Translations under genes and position numbers: made by a program
Virus record (IMG/VR): IMGVR_UViG_3300044815_000115
Span: 39,320 to 103,319 of that record
Reading direction: 5' to 3' (one strand)
DNA from: a virus
DNA: 64,000 bases
In this document: in pieces, positions 27,170 to 37,301 of the stretch
How positions within the stretch are numbered: the first letter of the stretch is position 1
Layout: each line of letters begins with the position of its first letter
The notes under the pieces: model-generated
What the model was told of the DNA's origin: nothing
The model's database searches: none
The model's input: only the letters and a program-made list of their open reading frames with translations

Positions 27170-27961
27170 ATGCACGAAGACACGCGAACCTGCCTCAACG
27201 GCATCCGCTGCAAAGCGTACGAACCGGTCGGCAAACACGCCTGCCCCACCAGCGACCCGCTCTGCTACGCCTGCCTCGACGCCGCCGGACGCGACATTCG
27301 GCCCCTCGTCTACGACTATTTGGACCTCGCCCAACTCCACGAGGCCACCTTGTCGCAGGCCATCACCGAAAAGGCGTCGGGCAGCAAAGAGAAACAGATG
27401 CTGCTCGTCGGCCACGTCGAAGCGTTGCAGGCCGAGATGGTGCACGTGGCCACCACCTGGGAGTACGAGGTGCGGGTCGCCGCGCACCTGTCCGACCCCA
27501 CCGCACCCGTCCCTGTCGCGGACTGGCACACCACCCTCAGCAAACCCCCACCCCCGGCGAAGATGCGCGGCGGTGCCCAACTGCAGCGGGCGGTGAACGT
27601 CCTCAGCTCGCACCTGCGGGTCCTGTCACTGATCCCCGCCACCGCGGTCTGCCCGACCGGGGTCGAGGACGACCCGGTCGACGTGACCGGCTGGGAGGCA
27701 GTCCTGCAGCTTCAAGGGCTGCACCGGAGCGCACGCGCCAGGCTCGGGCGCACCCGGCGGATCCTGTCGCTGCACGGCACCTGTCCGAACAAGACCTGCA
27801 CCGCCCAGGCCCTGTACCGGCTCGAGCCGCAGGACTTCAAAGACGAGCCGCCCGTCTGGTGCGACACCTGCAAGGCGTCCCGGCTGTACTCCGACTACGA
27901 ATGGTTCATGGTCCATCTCACCTGGCCGGAGAGTGCAGAGACAGAGGAGGTCGCAGCGTGA
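27170..27961 (+). CDS. Zn-ribbon protein, putative late regulator
   Basis: C-term CPNKTC..WCDTC; position before late region. Confidence 0.65.
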   Translation: MHEDTRTCLNGIRCKAYEPVGKHACPTSDPLCYACLDAAGRDIRPLVYDYLDLAQLHEATLSQAITEKASGSKEKQMLLVGHVEALQAEMVHVATTWEYEVRVAAHLSDPTAPVPVADWHTTLSKPPPPAKMRGGAQLQRAVNVLSSHLRVLSLIPATAVCPTGVEDDPVDVTGWEAVLQLQGLHRSARARLGRTRRILSLHGTCPNKTCTAQALYRLEPQDFKDEPPVWCDTCKASRLYSDYEWFMVHLTWPESAETEEVAA

Positions 27962-28389
27962 ACCCGGAGATCGACAAACAGCCGCGCTCGAACCGTGCCA
28001 AGTGGCCGCACTCGGGAGACACCCCGCTCCAGAGGGCGCGGAGGATTGTCGGCGCCTACCGTGCCCGGCTCAAAGCGATCGCGCCGGATGCCTGCGCTGA
28101 CGTCGACGCGACGATGCGTGCGTTCGGCGAAACCTGGATGCTTGAGCAGTTGGTGACGACAGACGCAAAATCGATGGTGACGACAGCCGACGCGGCCGAG
28201 CTTGCCGGCGTCGACGTGGAAACCATCCGGCAGTGGCGCCGTCGCGGCTACATCTCCCGGGCCGGCGCGAGAGGGAAGCTCGAGACGCGGGGCCTGAGTC
28301 GCGACGGGCGGCCGATGTTCCTTGCTTCAGAGGTGCTCGAGATTGCGGCGACGACACGCGAGAGGAGACTTCGGCGGCGCGTTGCTTGA
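27958..28389 (+). CDS. MerR-type HTH DNA-binding protein
   Basis: GAGGAGG SD; TTADAAELAGVDVETIRQWRRRG..GRPMFLASEV. Confidence 0.75.
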   Translation: MNPEIDKQPRSNRAKWPHSGDTPLQRARRIVGAYRARLKAIAPDACADVDATMRAFGETWMLEQLVTTDAKSMVTTADAAELAGVDVETIRQWRRRGYISRAGARGKLETRGLSRDGRPMFLASEVLEIAATTRERRLRRRVA

Positions 28390-28414
28390 TCCTGTCGGAT
28401 GGGTTCTGTACCGT
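28386..28414 (+). promoter_or_regulatory. candidate late promoter
   Basis: TTGATC-N17-TACCGT at start of late region. Confidence 0.4.
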
Positions 28415-28502
28415 GTGCATCACCAAGGGACGAATCCGCCCGGCGCGTCGAGTATCCCGTATTGAATCCCAGGTCAGAGCCCATTCGATGAGGTAATGGG
28501 AC

Positions 28503-29135
28503 GTGACTGAAACCCCCGGCCGCAACAAGCCATCCCGGTCCGCAACCTGTGTTCGACCCCAGGCCCGCGGCGTCTGCGGCAAGCCCGTCCCCGACGATGC
28601 CCCGATCCCCATGTGCATGCCTCATCTGGCGCAAGCCTGGGAGTTCTGCGGCAACGCGGTCAGCCGCGAACGTTACGACAGGTCCAGCGACCCCCAGGAG
28701 CTTGCCGAGCGCTGGGACGACTTCCTCCGGCTCTCCAGGGAGGGCCTGGGCGAGCGAGACGCCATGCTCGCCGGACTCGCTGCGGACGCCGAGGTCGATG
28801 ACATGGATTCGGTCGTTTACTACCTGAAGTTCGCCGACCGGATCAAGATCGGCTTTTCACGAAACCTCGGACAGCGACTCCTCGCCATCCCTCACGACGA
28901 GTTGCTCACCGTCGAACCGGGAGCCCGACTCGTCGAGGCGCGGCGCCACCGACAATTCGCGGAACACCGCATCGTCGGCGAGTGGTTCGCTGCGGCGCCC
29001 GTCCTGCTCGAGCACGTTGAGATGCTTCGCCTGAAACACGCCGATCGTGAGCAATGGCGTGAGAAGGCGCAGCAAGCTTTTGCCAGACTTGAGCACAGCG
29101 AAGGCGATGCTGAAGTACTCGCCTTGTTGAAGTGA
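28503..29135 (+). CDS. GIY-YIG (T5orf172-like) nuclease
   Basis: VVYYL..IKIGFS..RL..EPG..E..RH.QF..R..GEWF. Confidence 0.8.
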   Translation: MTETPGRNKPSRSATCVRPQARGVCGKPVPDDAPIPMCMPHLAQAWEFCGNAVSRERYDRSSDPQELAERWDDFLRLSREGLGERDAMLAGLAADAEVDDMDSVVYYLKFADRIKIGFSRNLGQRLLAIPHDELLTVEPGARLVEARRHRQFAEHRIVGEWFAAAPVLLEHVEMLRLKHADREQWREKAQQAFARLEHSEGDAEVLALLK

Positions 29136-29138
29136 CCC

Positions 29139-29612
29139 ATGCCCGCCGAGCAGCAGCTCAGGCGGGCTTTTCGCATTCCGGGGGTAGACCCTGTGAAGCG
29201 TGGCGTGTGGCTGCACCGCGGCCTGGCGATCCTGTTCGTGCTGCTGGCCATCCCCGCTGTCCTGTGGTGGAAGCAGAGCATCCTGTTCGTGATCCTGTTG
29301 TCGCTGGCCACGCAGGTTTCCACTGAATTCGGGGCAGCCGCGGCAGCCGACGATCGGGAAGTCGCCGACCGCCTCGACCGGATCGAGCACCGGCTGACCG
29401 CGCTCCTCGAACGTGAAGGGCCGGCGATGTCCGACGAGATGCCGTTCAGCCTCGACTGGCTCGCCGGTGCCGCCGCCAAGGTTCGCCCTCTCGCCGTGTG
29501 CGAGGACGGCCACCTGGTGGTTCAGGGCCGGACCCATTGGTCCCCGGTCCGTTTCTCGCCCGACCTCAAGGCCCTGTACTGCCGTGTGACCACACACGAG
29601 GAGTCCACGTGA
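29139..29612 (+). CDS. membrane protein
   Basis: two TM segments. Confidence 0.6.
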   Translation: MPAEQQLRRAFRIPGVDPVKRGVWLHRGLAILFVLLAIPAVLWWKQSILFVILLSLATQVSTEFGAAAAADDREVADRLDRIEHRLTALLEREGPAMSDEMPFSLDWLAGAAAKVRPLAVCEDGHLVVQGRTHWSPVRFSPDLKALYCRVTTHEEST

Positions 29613-29953
29613 CCGCACCGAACCCGAGCCTGCCAGCGCTGATCCGGCACTGGCTGGGAACCGACCGTATCCCCCACTTGGAGGCCGCCATGGCTACAGC
29701 AGCCGAGCAGATCAACACCCTGTCGACGAAGGTCGACGGCATCTCCGCCGTCGTCGCCGACGTCCACGCCGACTACAGCGCCCTCGTCGCCGCGATGCAG
29801 GCGGATCGGGAGAACCTGTCCGCGTCTGGTCAGGCCGCCCTCGACGCCGCCAACGCGAAGCTGGACGACGCGTCCGCGAAGCTCGCCGACCTGGATGTGG
29901 CCGTCGGCGACGCGGACGGCTCCGACACCCCGCCGGCCGAGCCGACTGCTTGA
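29609..29953 (+). CDS. coiled-coil acidic protein (alternative start 29690)
   Basis: GAGGAG / GGAGG SDs; heptads. Confidence 0.65.
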   Translation: MTAPNPSLPALIRHWLGTDRIPHLEAAMATAAEQINTLSTKVDGISAVVADVHADYSALVAAMQADRENLSASGQAALDAANAKLDDASAKLADLDVAVGDADGSDTPPAEPTA

Positions 29954-30012
29954 TCCGTGGATGGCGTGCGGGCCGTGCTGCTGCGAACGCCGCGGCCCGC
30001 GCCGTCCACGGA
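29954..30012. other. long imperfect hairpin upstream of terS
   Basis: TCCGTGGATGGCGTGCGGGCCGTG...CGCGGCCCGCGCCGTCCACGGA. Confidence 0.55.
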
Positions 30013-30116
30013 GAGTGACGCCGATTCTGGCAGCCTGGCCTAGTTGATCTCCATTCGCGGGTCCGACACCGGCAGCCAACTACTAAGCGTGAGCACGCTG
30101 GGCAAGGGGGTGGTCC

Positions 30117-30674
30117 GTGGTCACGACAGGCCGAGGTCACGGGAACCAGCCCCGATCCGGCCGCGGACGCTTCGTCAAGAGCCTCGAAACGGCCAAGCGA
30201 GACGCCGAGGCGGCCCAACTCCGCGCCGAGGGCAAGACTTACGACCAGATCGCCGAAGCGCTCGACTTCAGTGACCGGTCGCTGGCCCGTCGATCTGTCG
30301 AACGCGCCCTCGCGGCAACCGTCCGCGAGCCTGCCGACGAGCTCCGTCAGCTCGAGCTGATCCGCCTCGACGCTCTCTGGGTCGAAGCCGTCAAGGTCAT
30401 GACCACCGAGCACATCACCGTCAACAACGGACGCGTGATCGAAGTCGACGGGGTGCCACTCAAGGACGACGGCCCGACCCTGTCCGCCATCGACCGCCTC
30501 CTGAAGATCATGGAACGGCGGGCGAAGCTGGTCGGACTCGACTCGGCCACGAAGGTCGAGGTGTTGAGTGTCGACGCCCTCGATCGCGAAATCGCCAAGC
30601 TCACCGCAGAGCTTGGCGGAGCTGAAGCTGATGAAGCTTCGGCAGTTGAAGGAACTCAAACAACGGAAAGCTGA
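30117..30674 (+). CDS. terS: terminase small subunit
   Basis: HTH (LRAEGKTYDQIAEAL), AIDRLLKIMERRAKLVGLD; precedes TerL. Confidence 0.85.
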   Translation: MVTTGRGHGNQPRSGRGRFVKSLETAKRDAEAAQLRAEGKTYDQIAEALDFSDRSLARRSVERALAATVREPADELRQLELIRLDALWVEAVKVMTTEHITVNNGRVIEVDGVPLKDDGPTLSAIDRLLKIMERRAKLVGLDSATKVEVLSVDALDREIAKLTAELGGAEADEASAVEGTQTTES

Positions 30675-32148
30675 ACGGGATCGCAAACTCGCGGCAATCG
30701 AGGCCAGTCGGTACGTCCGCGACCCGGCGGGTTGGGTTCAGGACAAGCTGTCCGAGCATCTGTGGAGCAAACAGCGAGAGATCGCCGAGTCGGTCCGGGA
30801 CAACCGGTACACCGCTGTCCAGTCTTGCCATGACGCCGGCAAGAGCTTTTGCGCCTCGCGCCTAGTCGCGTGGTGGCTCTCGGTCCACCCCGATGGGGAC
30901 GCGTTCGCAGTCACGACCGCGCCGACCGCGGCTCAGGTTTCGGCGATCCTGTGGCGTGAGATCCGTCGGGCGCACCGCAAGGGCGGCCTGCCCGGCTACA
31001 CCACCCAGGGTGCCGTCCCGGAGTGGAAGCTTGCCGACGGTGAGCTGATCGGCTACGGCCGCAAGCCCGCCGACGAGGACCAAGCCGCATTCCAGGGCAT
31101 CCACGCCCTGCACCCGCTCATCGTCGTCGACGAAGCCGGCGGCGTACCCAAGAACCTGTTCGACGCCGTGGACGCGCTGGCCACCAACGAGAACGCCCGC
31201 GTGCTTGCGATCGGCAACCCCGATGCGCCCTCCAGTCACTTCGCCAGCGTCTGCAAGCCCGGCTCCGGGTGGAACGTCATCCGGATCGACGGGCTGCAGA
31301 CCCCGAACATGACCGCTGAGGCGCTCGCCGAACTTCCTGAACTGGCGGACCTGTTCGCGCGGCTCGGTCTCGAGCCCGTCGACGAGGACGTGCCGGACAA
31401 CCTTCGGCCGCTGCTCCTTTCACCGCTGTGGGTGGCCGAGCGGATCCACCGCTGGGGTGTCGAGTCGCCGATCTTCACGGCGAAGGTCCGCGGCGAGTTC
31501 CCCGACATCGGCGAGGACGTCCTCATCCCACCGTCGTGGATCCGTGCCGCGCAGGAACGCACGCTGGACCCGGGGCCGTGGTCGGTACTGGGCGTGGACG
31601 TAGCCCGTTTCGGCTCGGACCGATCCGTATTCATGCTGCGTCGAGGGTCGGTCGCCCGCATGGTTGGCGACCACTCCAAGCAGGCGACGACCGTAACCAC
31701 CGGCCAGGTCATCGCGGCGAAGCGTGAATATGGCGTGGATGAGATCCGCGTTGACGGCGTCGGCGTCGGCGGCGGTGTTGTCGATCAGCTTCTCGAGCAG
31801 GGGCATGACGTCGTCGACATGCAAGCGGGTGGCGCCGCCATCGACAGTGAGCATTTCCTGAACGCCCGGGCTGAGTGGTACTGGGCACTGCGGGAACGGC
31901 TCGAGGCCGGCGACATGGATCTCGACCCAGCTGACGATGAACTCGCTGCCCAACTGGGCGCGATCAAGTACAAGTTCACGTCTCGCGGGCAGATCCAGAT
32001 TGAAAGCAAAGTCGATTCGAAAAAGAGAGGGCTTCCCTCACCGGACCGCGCTGACGCGTTGATGCTGACGGCTGGCAGGGTCGCACCACCCGATGACGTC
32101 GTCGAGGACGCTGAACACGACGAGTACACCATCGGCGCCGCGTACTGA
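30631..32148 (+). CDS. terL: terminase large subunit (alternative start 30568)
   Basis: SCHDAGKS, IVVDEA, IGNP, GVDVARFGSD, SPDRADAL. Confidence 0.95.
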   Translation: MKLRQLKELKQRKAERDRKLAAIEASRYVRDPAGWVQDKLSEHLWSKQREIAESVRDNRYTAVQSCHDAGKSFCASRLVAWWLSVHPDGDAFAVTTAPTAAQVSAILWREIRRAHRKGGLPGYTTQGAVPEWKLADGELIGYGRKPADEDQAAFQGIHALHPLIVVDEAGGVPKNLFDAVDALATNENARVLAIGNPDAPSSHFASVCKPGSGWNVIRIDGLQTPNMTAEALAELPELADLFARLGLEPVDEDVPDNLRPLLLSPLWVAERIHRWGVESPIFTAKVRGEFPDIGEDVLIPPSWIRAAQERTLDPGPWSVLGVDVARFGSDRSVFMLRRGSVARMVGDHSKQATTVTTGQVIAAKREYGVDEIRVDGVGVGGGVVDQLLEQGHDVVDMQAGGAAIDSEHFLNARAEWYWALRERLEAGDMDLDPADDELAAQLGAIKYKFTSRGQIQIESKVDSKKRGLPSPDRADALMLTAGRVAPPDDVVEDAEHDEYTIGAAY

Positions 32149-32171
32149 CAGAGGGAACCGGGGGTACCTCG

Positions 32172-33842
32172 GTGACCACTCGCAGTCGCACTCGCCGCCG
32201 CACCGAACCGGCGCCGGCAGCCCGCACGGATCTTGTCAAGGAGCAGATCCGTCAGCGCGACGACACGATCGACTTGCTCCAGGAGTCTTTGAACGACTTG
32301 GAGCGCAGTCTTTCCGATCCGGGCTGGATCAGGTTGACGGCGCAGTTCGAGCAGGAGTTCACCCCAGAAGGCCTGCGTCAGATGCGGGCCATCTGCCGCG
32401 TTTTCGCCACCGCACATCCACTAATAAAGCGCGGACTGAACCTCCGCGTCGCCTACGTCTGGTCCCAGGGTGTCGAGATCGCCGCCCGTGCGAACGGTAA
32501 GAAGCGCCGCGAGCAGGACGTGCACGCTGTCGTCGCCGCGTTCCTGAACGATCCCGGCAACGAACGCGCGTTCACCGGCGGTGCCGCGAGGGAGCGTCTC
32601 GAGCGCTGCCTGGGCACGGACGGCGAGTTCTTCCCGACGATGTTCACCCGCCCCACCACCGGTGAGGTGCAGGTTCGGGTCGTCGGCGCCGACGAGATCA
32701 CCGACATCATCTGCAACCCGCAGGACCGATCTGAACCCTGGTACTACCGGCGGGTGTGGGTCCAACAGACCCTGAACCCGGACGGTTTGACCGTCGACAA
32801 GCAGATGGAGCAGTTCCACCCGGCCCTGGACTACCAGCCCAAGAACAAGCCGAAGTCGTTCGGGCAGATCCCGGTGGTGTGGGACGCCCCGATGATGCAC
32901 GTCAAGGTCAACGACCTGGAGGGCTGGCAGCGCGGCGTCCCCGACGCGTACGCCGCCGTCGACTGGGCGCGGGCCTACAAAGAGTTCCTGGAGGACTGGG
33001 CGCGGCTGGTCAAGTCGCTGGCCCGGTTCGCGTGGCGGCTGACCGCGAAAGGCAACCAGCGCACCCAGGCCCGCACCCGGCTGGCCGCGCCACCCGTCGA
33101 CGCGAACGGCCGGGTCAGCGACGTCGGCAACGTTGCGATCATCCCACCCGAGCAGCAGCTGGACGCCATCCCCAAGTCCGGGGCGACCATCGACTCGGAG
33201 TCGGGCAAGCCCCTCGCAGCGATGATCGGCGCCGCGTTGGACGTGCCGGTGACGATGCTGCTCACCGACCCCGGCCAGACCGGGGCGCGGGCGGTCGCCG
33301 AGACACTGGACCTGCCCACCGAGTTGGCGATGGGTCAGCGGCGGGGGCTGTGGGCCGGCGTGTACAAGCGGATTTTGCAGTACGCCATCGCGGAGGCGGT
33401 ACGGGCGCCTGACGGCACCCTCAAGGGCTCGATCGTGGTTGACGGGTATGGCCGGGAAACGGTGAAGCTGAACGGCAACACCGTCGCCGACGTCGACATC
33501 GACTGGCCGGACCTGGACTCGGACCCGGACAAGGTCATCGCGTCCATCGTCGCCGCGTCCGCCACGGGCACCATCCCCCCGGAGATCGTCGCCCGGCTCA
33601 TCCTCACCGCGCTCGGTGTGAAGAACGTCGAAGGACTCATCGACGCCATGACCACCGATGACGGGGAATTCTTGTGGCCGGACGGTCCGCCGCTCGGGAA
33701 GGCCACCCCGCCGCCGCCGACGGATCCTAACGCGATCGGTAACGGGTCGATGAAGCCCGACAGCCCGCCCTCCGGTGACCCTGCAACCGACGATCACCCG
33801 GTCGATCCGAACGCGGAACCGGCGCCCACACCGACGGGGTGA
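32172..33842 (+). CDS. portal protein
   Basis: 556 aa after TerL; HPLIKRG..DGEFF..RGVPD. Confidence 0.85.
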   Translation: MTTRSRTRRRTEPAPAARTDLVKEQIRQRDDTIDLLQESLNDLERSLSDPGWIRLTAQFEQEFTPEGLRQMRAICRVFATAHPLIKRGLNLRVAYVWSQGVEIAARANGKKRREQDVHAVVAAFLNDPGNERAFTGGAARERLERCLGTDGEFFPTMFTRPTTGEVQVRVVGADEITDIICNPQDRSEPWYYRRVWVQQTLNPDGLTVDKQMEQFHPALDYQPKNKPKSFGQIPVVWDAPMMHVKVNDLEGWQRGVPDAYAAVDWARAYKEFLEDWARLVKSLARFAWRLTAKGNQRTQARTRLAAPPVDANGRVSDVGNVAIIPPEQQLDAIPKSGATIDSESGKPLAAMIGAALDVPVTMLLTDPGQTGARAVAETLDLPTELAMGQRRGLWAGVYKRILQYAIAEAVRAPDGTLKGSIVVDGYGRETVKLNGNTVADVDIDWPDLDSDPDKVIASIVAASATGTIPPEIVARLILTALGVKNVEGLIDAMTTDDGEFLWPDGPPLGKATPPPPTDPNAIGNGSMKPDSPPSGDPATDDHPVDPNAEPAPTPTG

Positions 33843-33845
33843 TCC

Positions 33846-34919
33846 GTGGCGGTCACCCGGCATTCCCTGGCCCTGCTGCAGCAACTGCGGACCGAGGTCG
33901 GTGAGCTTGCCGACGACGCCGTCCGCCACGTCGCTGAGGCGTGGCTTGCCGCGTGGGAGAACCTCACCCCGCAATGGCAGGCGGCTGTCGCCGCCGCCGT
34001 CGACCAGGCCGCCCGATCGGGTACCTGGCCGTCGTCGTGGCAACTCGCCCGCATCCCCGAGGTCGCCTCCGCCGTGGCTGCGACAGAGCAGTCGTCGAAC
34101 GAACTCGGCGCGACCGTGGTCGAGGTGGCAGTCGCTGCGGCTGTCGGTGCTGTCGCGGTCACGGCCGCCGCGGAGCCGCTCATCCTCGCCTCGCAACTAC
34201 CGTCGTCGCTTGCTGCTGCAGCTCTGGCCGGTTTCCGGTCGAGGCTTCTACCCGGCCGACTCGACACTATCCGCGCCAGCACCCGCAACCGGGTCACCTC
34301 GCTGGTTCAGCCGCTTGCCGCCCAGGCGCTGTCCGCCGCGAAGCAGGCGCTGGTGCGCGGTGTCCCCATGGGAGACGACCCAGTCGCCGCGGGCAAGGGG
34401 ATACTCGGGCGACTTCAGGCGGCATTCTTCGCTGTGAGGGATCGGGCCATCAACGTGGCGCGAACCGAATCGCTCGATGCCATGCGCGCCACATCCGACT
34501 ACGTGCACGAGATCAACGCCGACTCGCTCGCCGGATGGACGTGGTGGGCGAGTCTGGGGCCGAACTGCTGTCCGGCGTGCTGGGCGCTGCACGGCACCTT
34601 CCATCCGCTGACCGAGGCTGGACCTGCAGATCACAATCAGGGCCGCTGTGTACGGCTGGTCCGACTCAAGTCCTGGTCGCAACTCGGTATCACCCAAACC
34701 GAGCCGGCCGATGTGCTTCCCGACGCGGAGGCGCAGTTCCGGAAGTTGTCGCTCACCGACCAACTCAAGGTCATGGGTCCGGCGCGCCACGAACTGTGGG
34801 CCTCGGGCGACATCGCCTGGACGGATTTGGCCGTGCTGAGGGGCACCCGCGGGTGGCGTGATTCCTACGTCCCGCGCACAGTCACGGACCTTCAACGGAT
34901 CTCCGGCCGCCGCAGCTGA
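33846..34919 (+). CDS. MuF-like minor head protein
   Basis: RAINVARTE..WTW..CPACWALHG..DHNQGRC. Confidence 0.85.
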   Translation: MAVTRHSLALLQQLRTEVGELADDAVRHVAEAWLAAWENLTPQWQAAVAAAVDQAARSGTWPSSWQLARIPEVASAVAATEQSSNELGATVVEVAVAAAVGAVAVTAAAEPLILASQLPSSLAAAALAGFRSRLLPGRLDTIRASTRNRVTSLVQPLAAQALSAAKQALVRGVPMGDDPVAAGKGILGRLQAAFFAVRDRAINVARTESLDAMRATSDYVHEINADSLAGWTWWASLGPNCCPACWALHGTFHPLTEAGPADHNQGRCVRLVRLKSWSQLGITQTEPADVLPDAEAQFRKLSLTDQLKVMGPARHELWASGDIAWTDLAVLRGTRGWRDSYVPRTVTDLQRISGRRS

Positions 34920-34922
34920 TAG

Positions 34923-35444
34923 GTGGTGGTGTTGATGGACCGACCGTTCAAAGAACTCAGCGACTCCGGCCTGCTGTGGCTCATCAACCGGACCGTGTTC
35001 CACCCGCGCGGGTACGCGCTGGCCATCACCGTTGAGGACGGCAAGGCGACGGGCTGGTCGATGCTCGGCGACGGATCCGAGCCGTGGCAGTTCGGTGGCG
35101 ACGAGAACGACAACTTCCGCCGGGCCGAAGCGACACTTGCTGGCCAGCGGCCACCGGACGTGACTCCGGCCGAACGCGGCCCAATCGGGACCCTCAAGCT
35201 CAGCAAATCGGCGGACGGCCGGTACGTCATCGGTCAGGCCGATCAGTCCATCGACGTGTCCTTGGTGCTGCTGAAGGAACTCCTCGGCCCGTGCGCGAGC
35301 AACCGCGACGGTTTGGTGGTCTTCTCCGGCGTCGACGCAGATGGGCAGCCCCGCGAGGTGGCCTACCGAGAGGTCGGCTTCAACCCCACCGCCAACCCTG
35401 AGGCGAACGAGGGCGGCTTCATACTGCTCGAGCGCGTGCCGTGA
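34923..35444 (+). CDS. hypothetical protein
   Basis: ELSDSGLLWLINRTVFHPRGYALA N-terminal motif. Confidence 0.65.
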   Translation: MVVLMDRPFKELSDSGLLWLINRTVFHPRGYALAITVEDGKATGWSMLGDGSEPWQFGGDENDNFRRAEATLAGQRPPDVTPAERGPIGTLKLSKSADGRYVIGQADQSIDVSLVLLKELLGPCASNRDGLVVFSGVDADGQPREVAYREVGFNPTANPEANEGGFILLERVP

Positions 35445-35572
35445 TGGGCGATCGCGCGCAGAAGCTTGATCCCGTCGGCGTGAAATCGATCCCGCCACCA
35501 GCCAAGACCGTGCCTCCCCTGCCGACGCCCTCCGCCGGTTCGTCCCGCTGCAACTGCGGCTGCAAACCCTGA
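35444..35572 (+). CDS. 42-aa Pro-rich mini-ORF ending CNCGCKP
   Basis: TGATG-coupled. Confidence 0.35.
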   Translation: MGDRAQKLDPVGVKSIPPPAKTVPPLPTPSAGSSRCNCGCKP

Positions 35573-35611
35573 CCTTCATCCACCCTCTGCCCGTTGTCGG
35601 GAGGCTCCTTC

Positions 35612-37300
35612 ATGTCCAACCGTCGACGCCTGCGCGTGCCCGGACGCTACGAACACCAGCCGCAAGTCCACGCCGTTCAGGAACCGGCCGAGGCGATCCG
35701 CCCGCTGGTGCAGGCACTGGCCGGGTCGATCCGCCGCAAGGCTGTCGCCGAATCCACCGCGACCCTCGAGCGGCCTGCGACCCGCACCGCCGTACGTGAG
35801 GCCTCCGTCGGCGGTGCCACCACCACCGGACCCGGCCGGATGCTCCTCCGGCTGATCTCCGCCGGGTGGTCACTCAACGGGAACATGTATCCGGCCGAGG
35901 TGCTGCGCCGCGACGGTCCCACTGCCTGGCCCGCCGGAACCCGTTGCTACGTGGACCACGCCAGCGACGAGGAGGAGCAGGCGCACCCGTCGGGCAGCGT
36001 CAAGAACCTCGCCGCGATCCTCACCGAGGACGCCCGCTGGGACGAGGCTTCACAATCTCTGATCGCCGAGGCGCGCTTGTTCGAGCCGTGGCGCGGACCC
36101 CTCACCGACATGGCCGAGGCGAACGCGATCGGCATGTCGATCCGTGCCTGGGTCACCGGGGAGCAGGGCGCCCGCGAGGGCCGCGAGGGCTACATCGTGG
36201 ACTGGGTCGAGGGTCGCAGCGTCGACTTCGTGACCGTCCCCGCGGCGGGAGGCGGGATCATTTCCGTCCTCGAAGCCGTCGGTAACCCCACCCCCGTCGT
36301 CGAGGCCGCGAACCTCGGGGCCTGGCTGGAGTCGCGTCTGCACCTGGCGTTGACCGCGTACGCCGACGACATGTACGGCGACGGCCGCCTGACCCGCGAG
36401 GAGCGCCTCACCCTGTCGGCGGCGATCGGTGACGGCTTGCAGGCCTGGACAGCGCGGGTTGAGGCGGACGCCCCCCAACTGTTTCTGCGTTCGCGTTGGG
36501 AAGAGCCGGAACCGCTGTCGGCCCCCGTCGCGGCCGGTGAGTCCACGCCCGCCGAACCCGAGGTCCGGCCGGAGACGCCGCCGGGCGAACCCGCACCGAC
36601 CACACCTGTGGTCATCCCAGACGTGACGGACGGCGCCCCGCCCTCCGCACCCGAAACACCATCCGATCCTGAGGAGGAACCCGTGTCGGGTATCCAGACC
36701 GGCGCACCGCCGGAGCAGGCGGGGATCGCTACGGTCCCCGACAACGGGCAGCCGCCGACCCCCGTCGTGGCACCCGCGGTTGAGGCTGCCCCGCAGCCGA
36801 CCGCCGAGGCCATGTCCGCCGCCGTCCAGCAGATGCTGGCCGAGGCGATGCGCCCGCTCACCGAGCAGCTCGCCCAGGTGACCGCCCGGGAGAACGCGCG
36901 TGACGCCGAGAACCGGGCGCTGCGCAACCGCCAGACCGCCGCCGAGGCTGTCACCGCCGCCCTGCGCGCCACCGAACACGCGGATGTGACCGCGTCTATC
37001 GCGGCCCGGGTCAACACCCGGGTCCTCGCCGACGTGCCCACCACCACCGAGGGTGCCGTCGACGACGCCCGCCTCGGCGAGGTCATCGCGGCGGTCATCA
37101 CCGACGAGGCCACCCACGTGCGCCGGGAGCGGGCCAACGCGCTCGCCGAGGCCGGCGTGGGCCTGCCGTTCGGCATGGGTGCGACCACCGCCCAGGAATC
37201 GGCCGACGACGGTCTGGACGCCGAGCTGGAGACCTTCTTCTCGGGCTCCCTGGGTCTGTCGACAGAGGCCGCCAAGATCGCGGCGCGAGGAAGGGGCTGA
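35612..37300 (+). CDS. capsid maturation protease / scaffold fusion
   Basis: LISAGWS.NG..YPAEVL, YVDH, GMSIRA, SVDFVTVPAAGG; coiled C-term. Confidence 0.85.
   Translation: MSNRRRLRVPGRYEHQPQVHAVQEPAEAIRPLVQALAGSIRRKAVAESTATLERPATRTAVREASVGGATTTGPGRMLLRLISAGWSLNGNMYPAEVLRRDGPTAWPAGTRCYVDHASDEEEQAHPSGSVKNLAAILTEDARWDEASQSLIAEARLFEPWRGPLTDMAEANAIGMSIRAWVTGEQGAREGREGYIVDWVEGRSVDFVTVPAAGGGIISVLEAVGNPTPVVEAANLGAWLESRLHLALTAYADDMYGDGRLTREERLTLSAAIGDGLQAWTARVEADAPQLFLRSRWEEPEPLSAPVAAGESTPAEPEVRPETPPGEPAPTTPVVIPDVTDGAPPSAPETPSDPEEEPVSGIQTGAPPEQAGIATVPDNGQPPTPVVAPAVEAAPQPTAEAMSAAVQQMLAEAMRPLTEQLAQVTARENARDAENRALRNRQTAAEAVTAALRATEHADVTASIAARVNTRVLADVPTTTEGAVDDARLGEVIAAVITDEATHVRRERANALAEAGVGLPFGMGATTAQESADDGLDAELETFFSGSLGLSTEAAKIAARGRG
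36683..37300 (+). CDS. nested scaffold protein from internal start
   Basis: GAGGAGG SD + in-frame GTG. Confidence 0.55.
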   Translation: MSGIQTGAPPEQAGIATVPDNGQPPTPVVAPAVEAAPQPTAEAMSAAVQQMLAEAMRPLTEQLAQVTARENARDAENRALRNRQTAAEAVTAALRATEHADVTASIAARVNTRVLADVPTTTEGAVDDARLGEVIAAVITDEATHVRRERANALAEAGVGLPFGMGATTAQESADDGLDAELETFFSGSLGLSTEAAKIAARGRG

Positions 37301-37301
37301 C

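Noticed and set aside
26860-27957. 509-aa ORF 26860-28389
   Set aside because: Only the part from the GTG at 27958 (strong SD, HTH) is credible.
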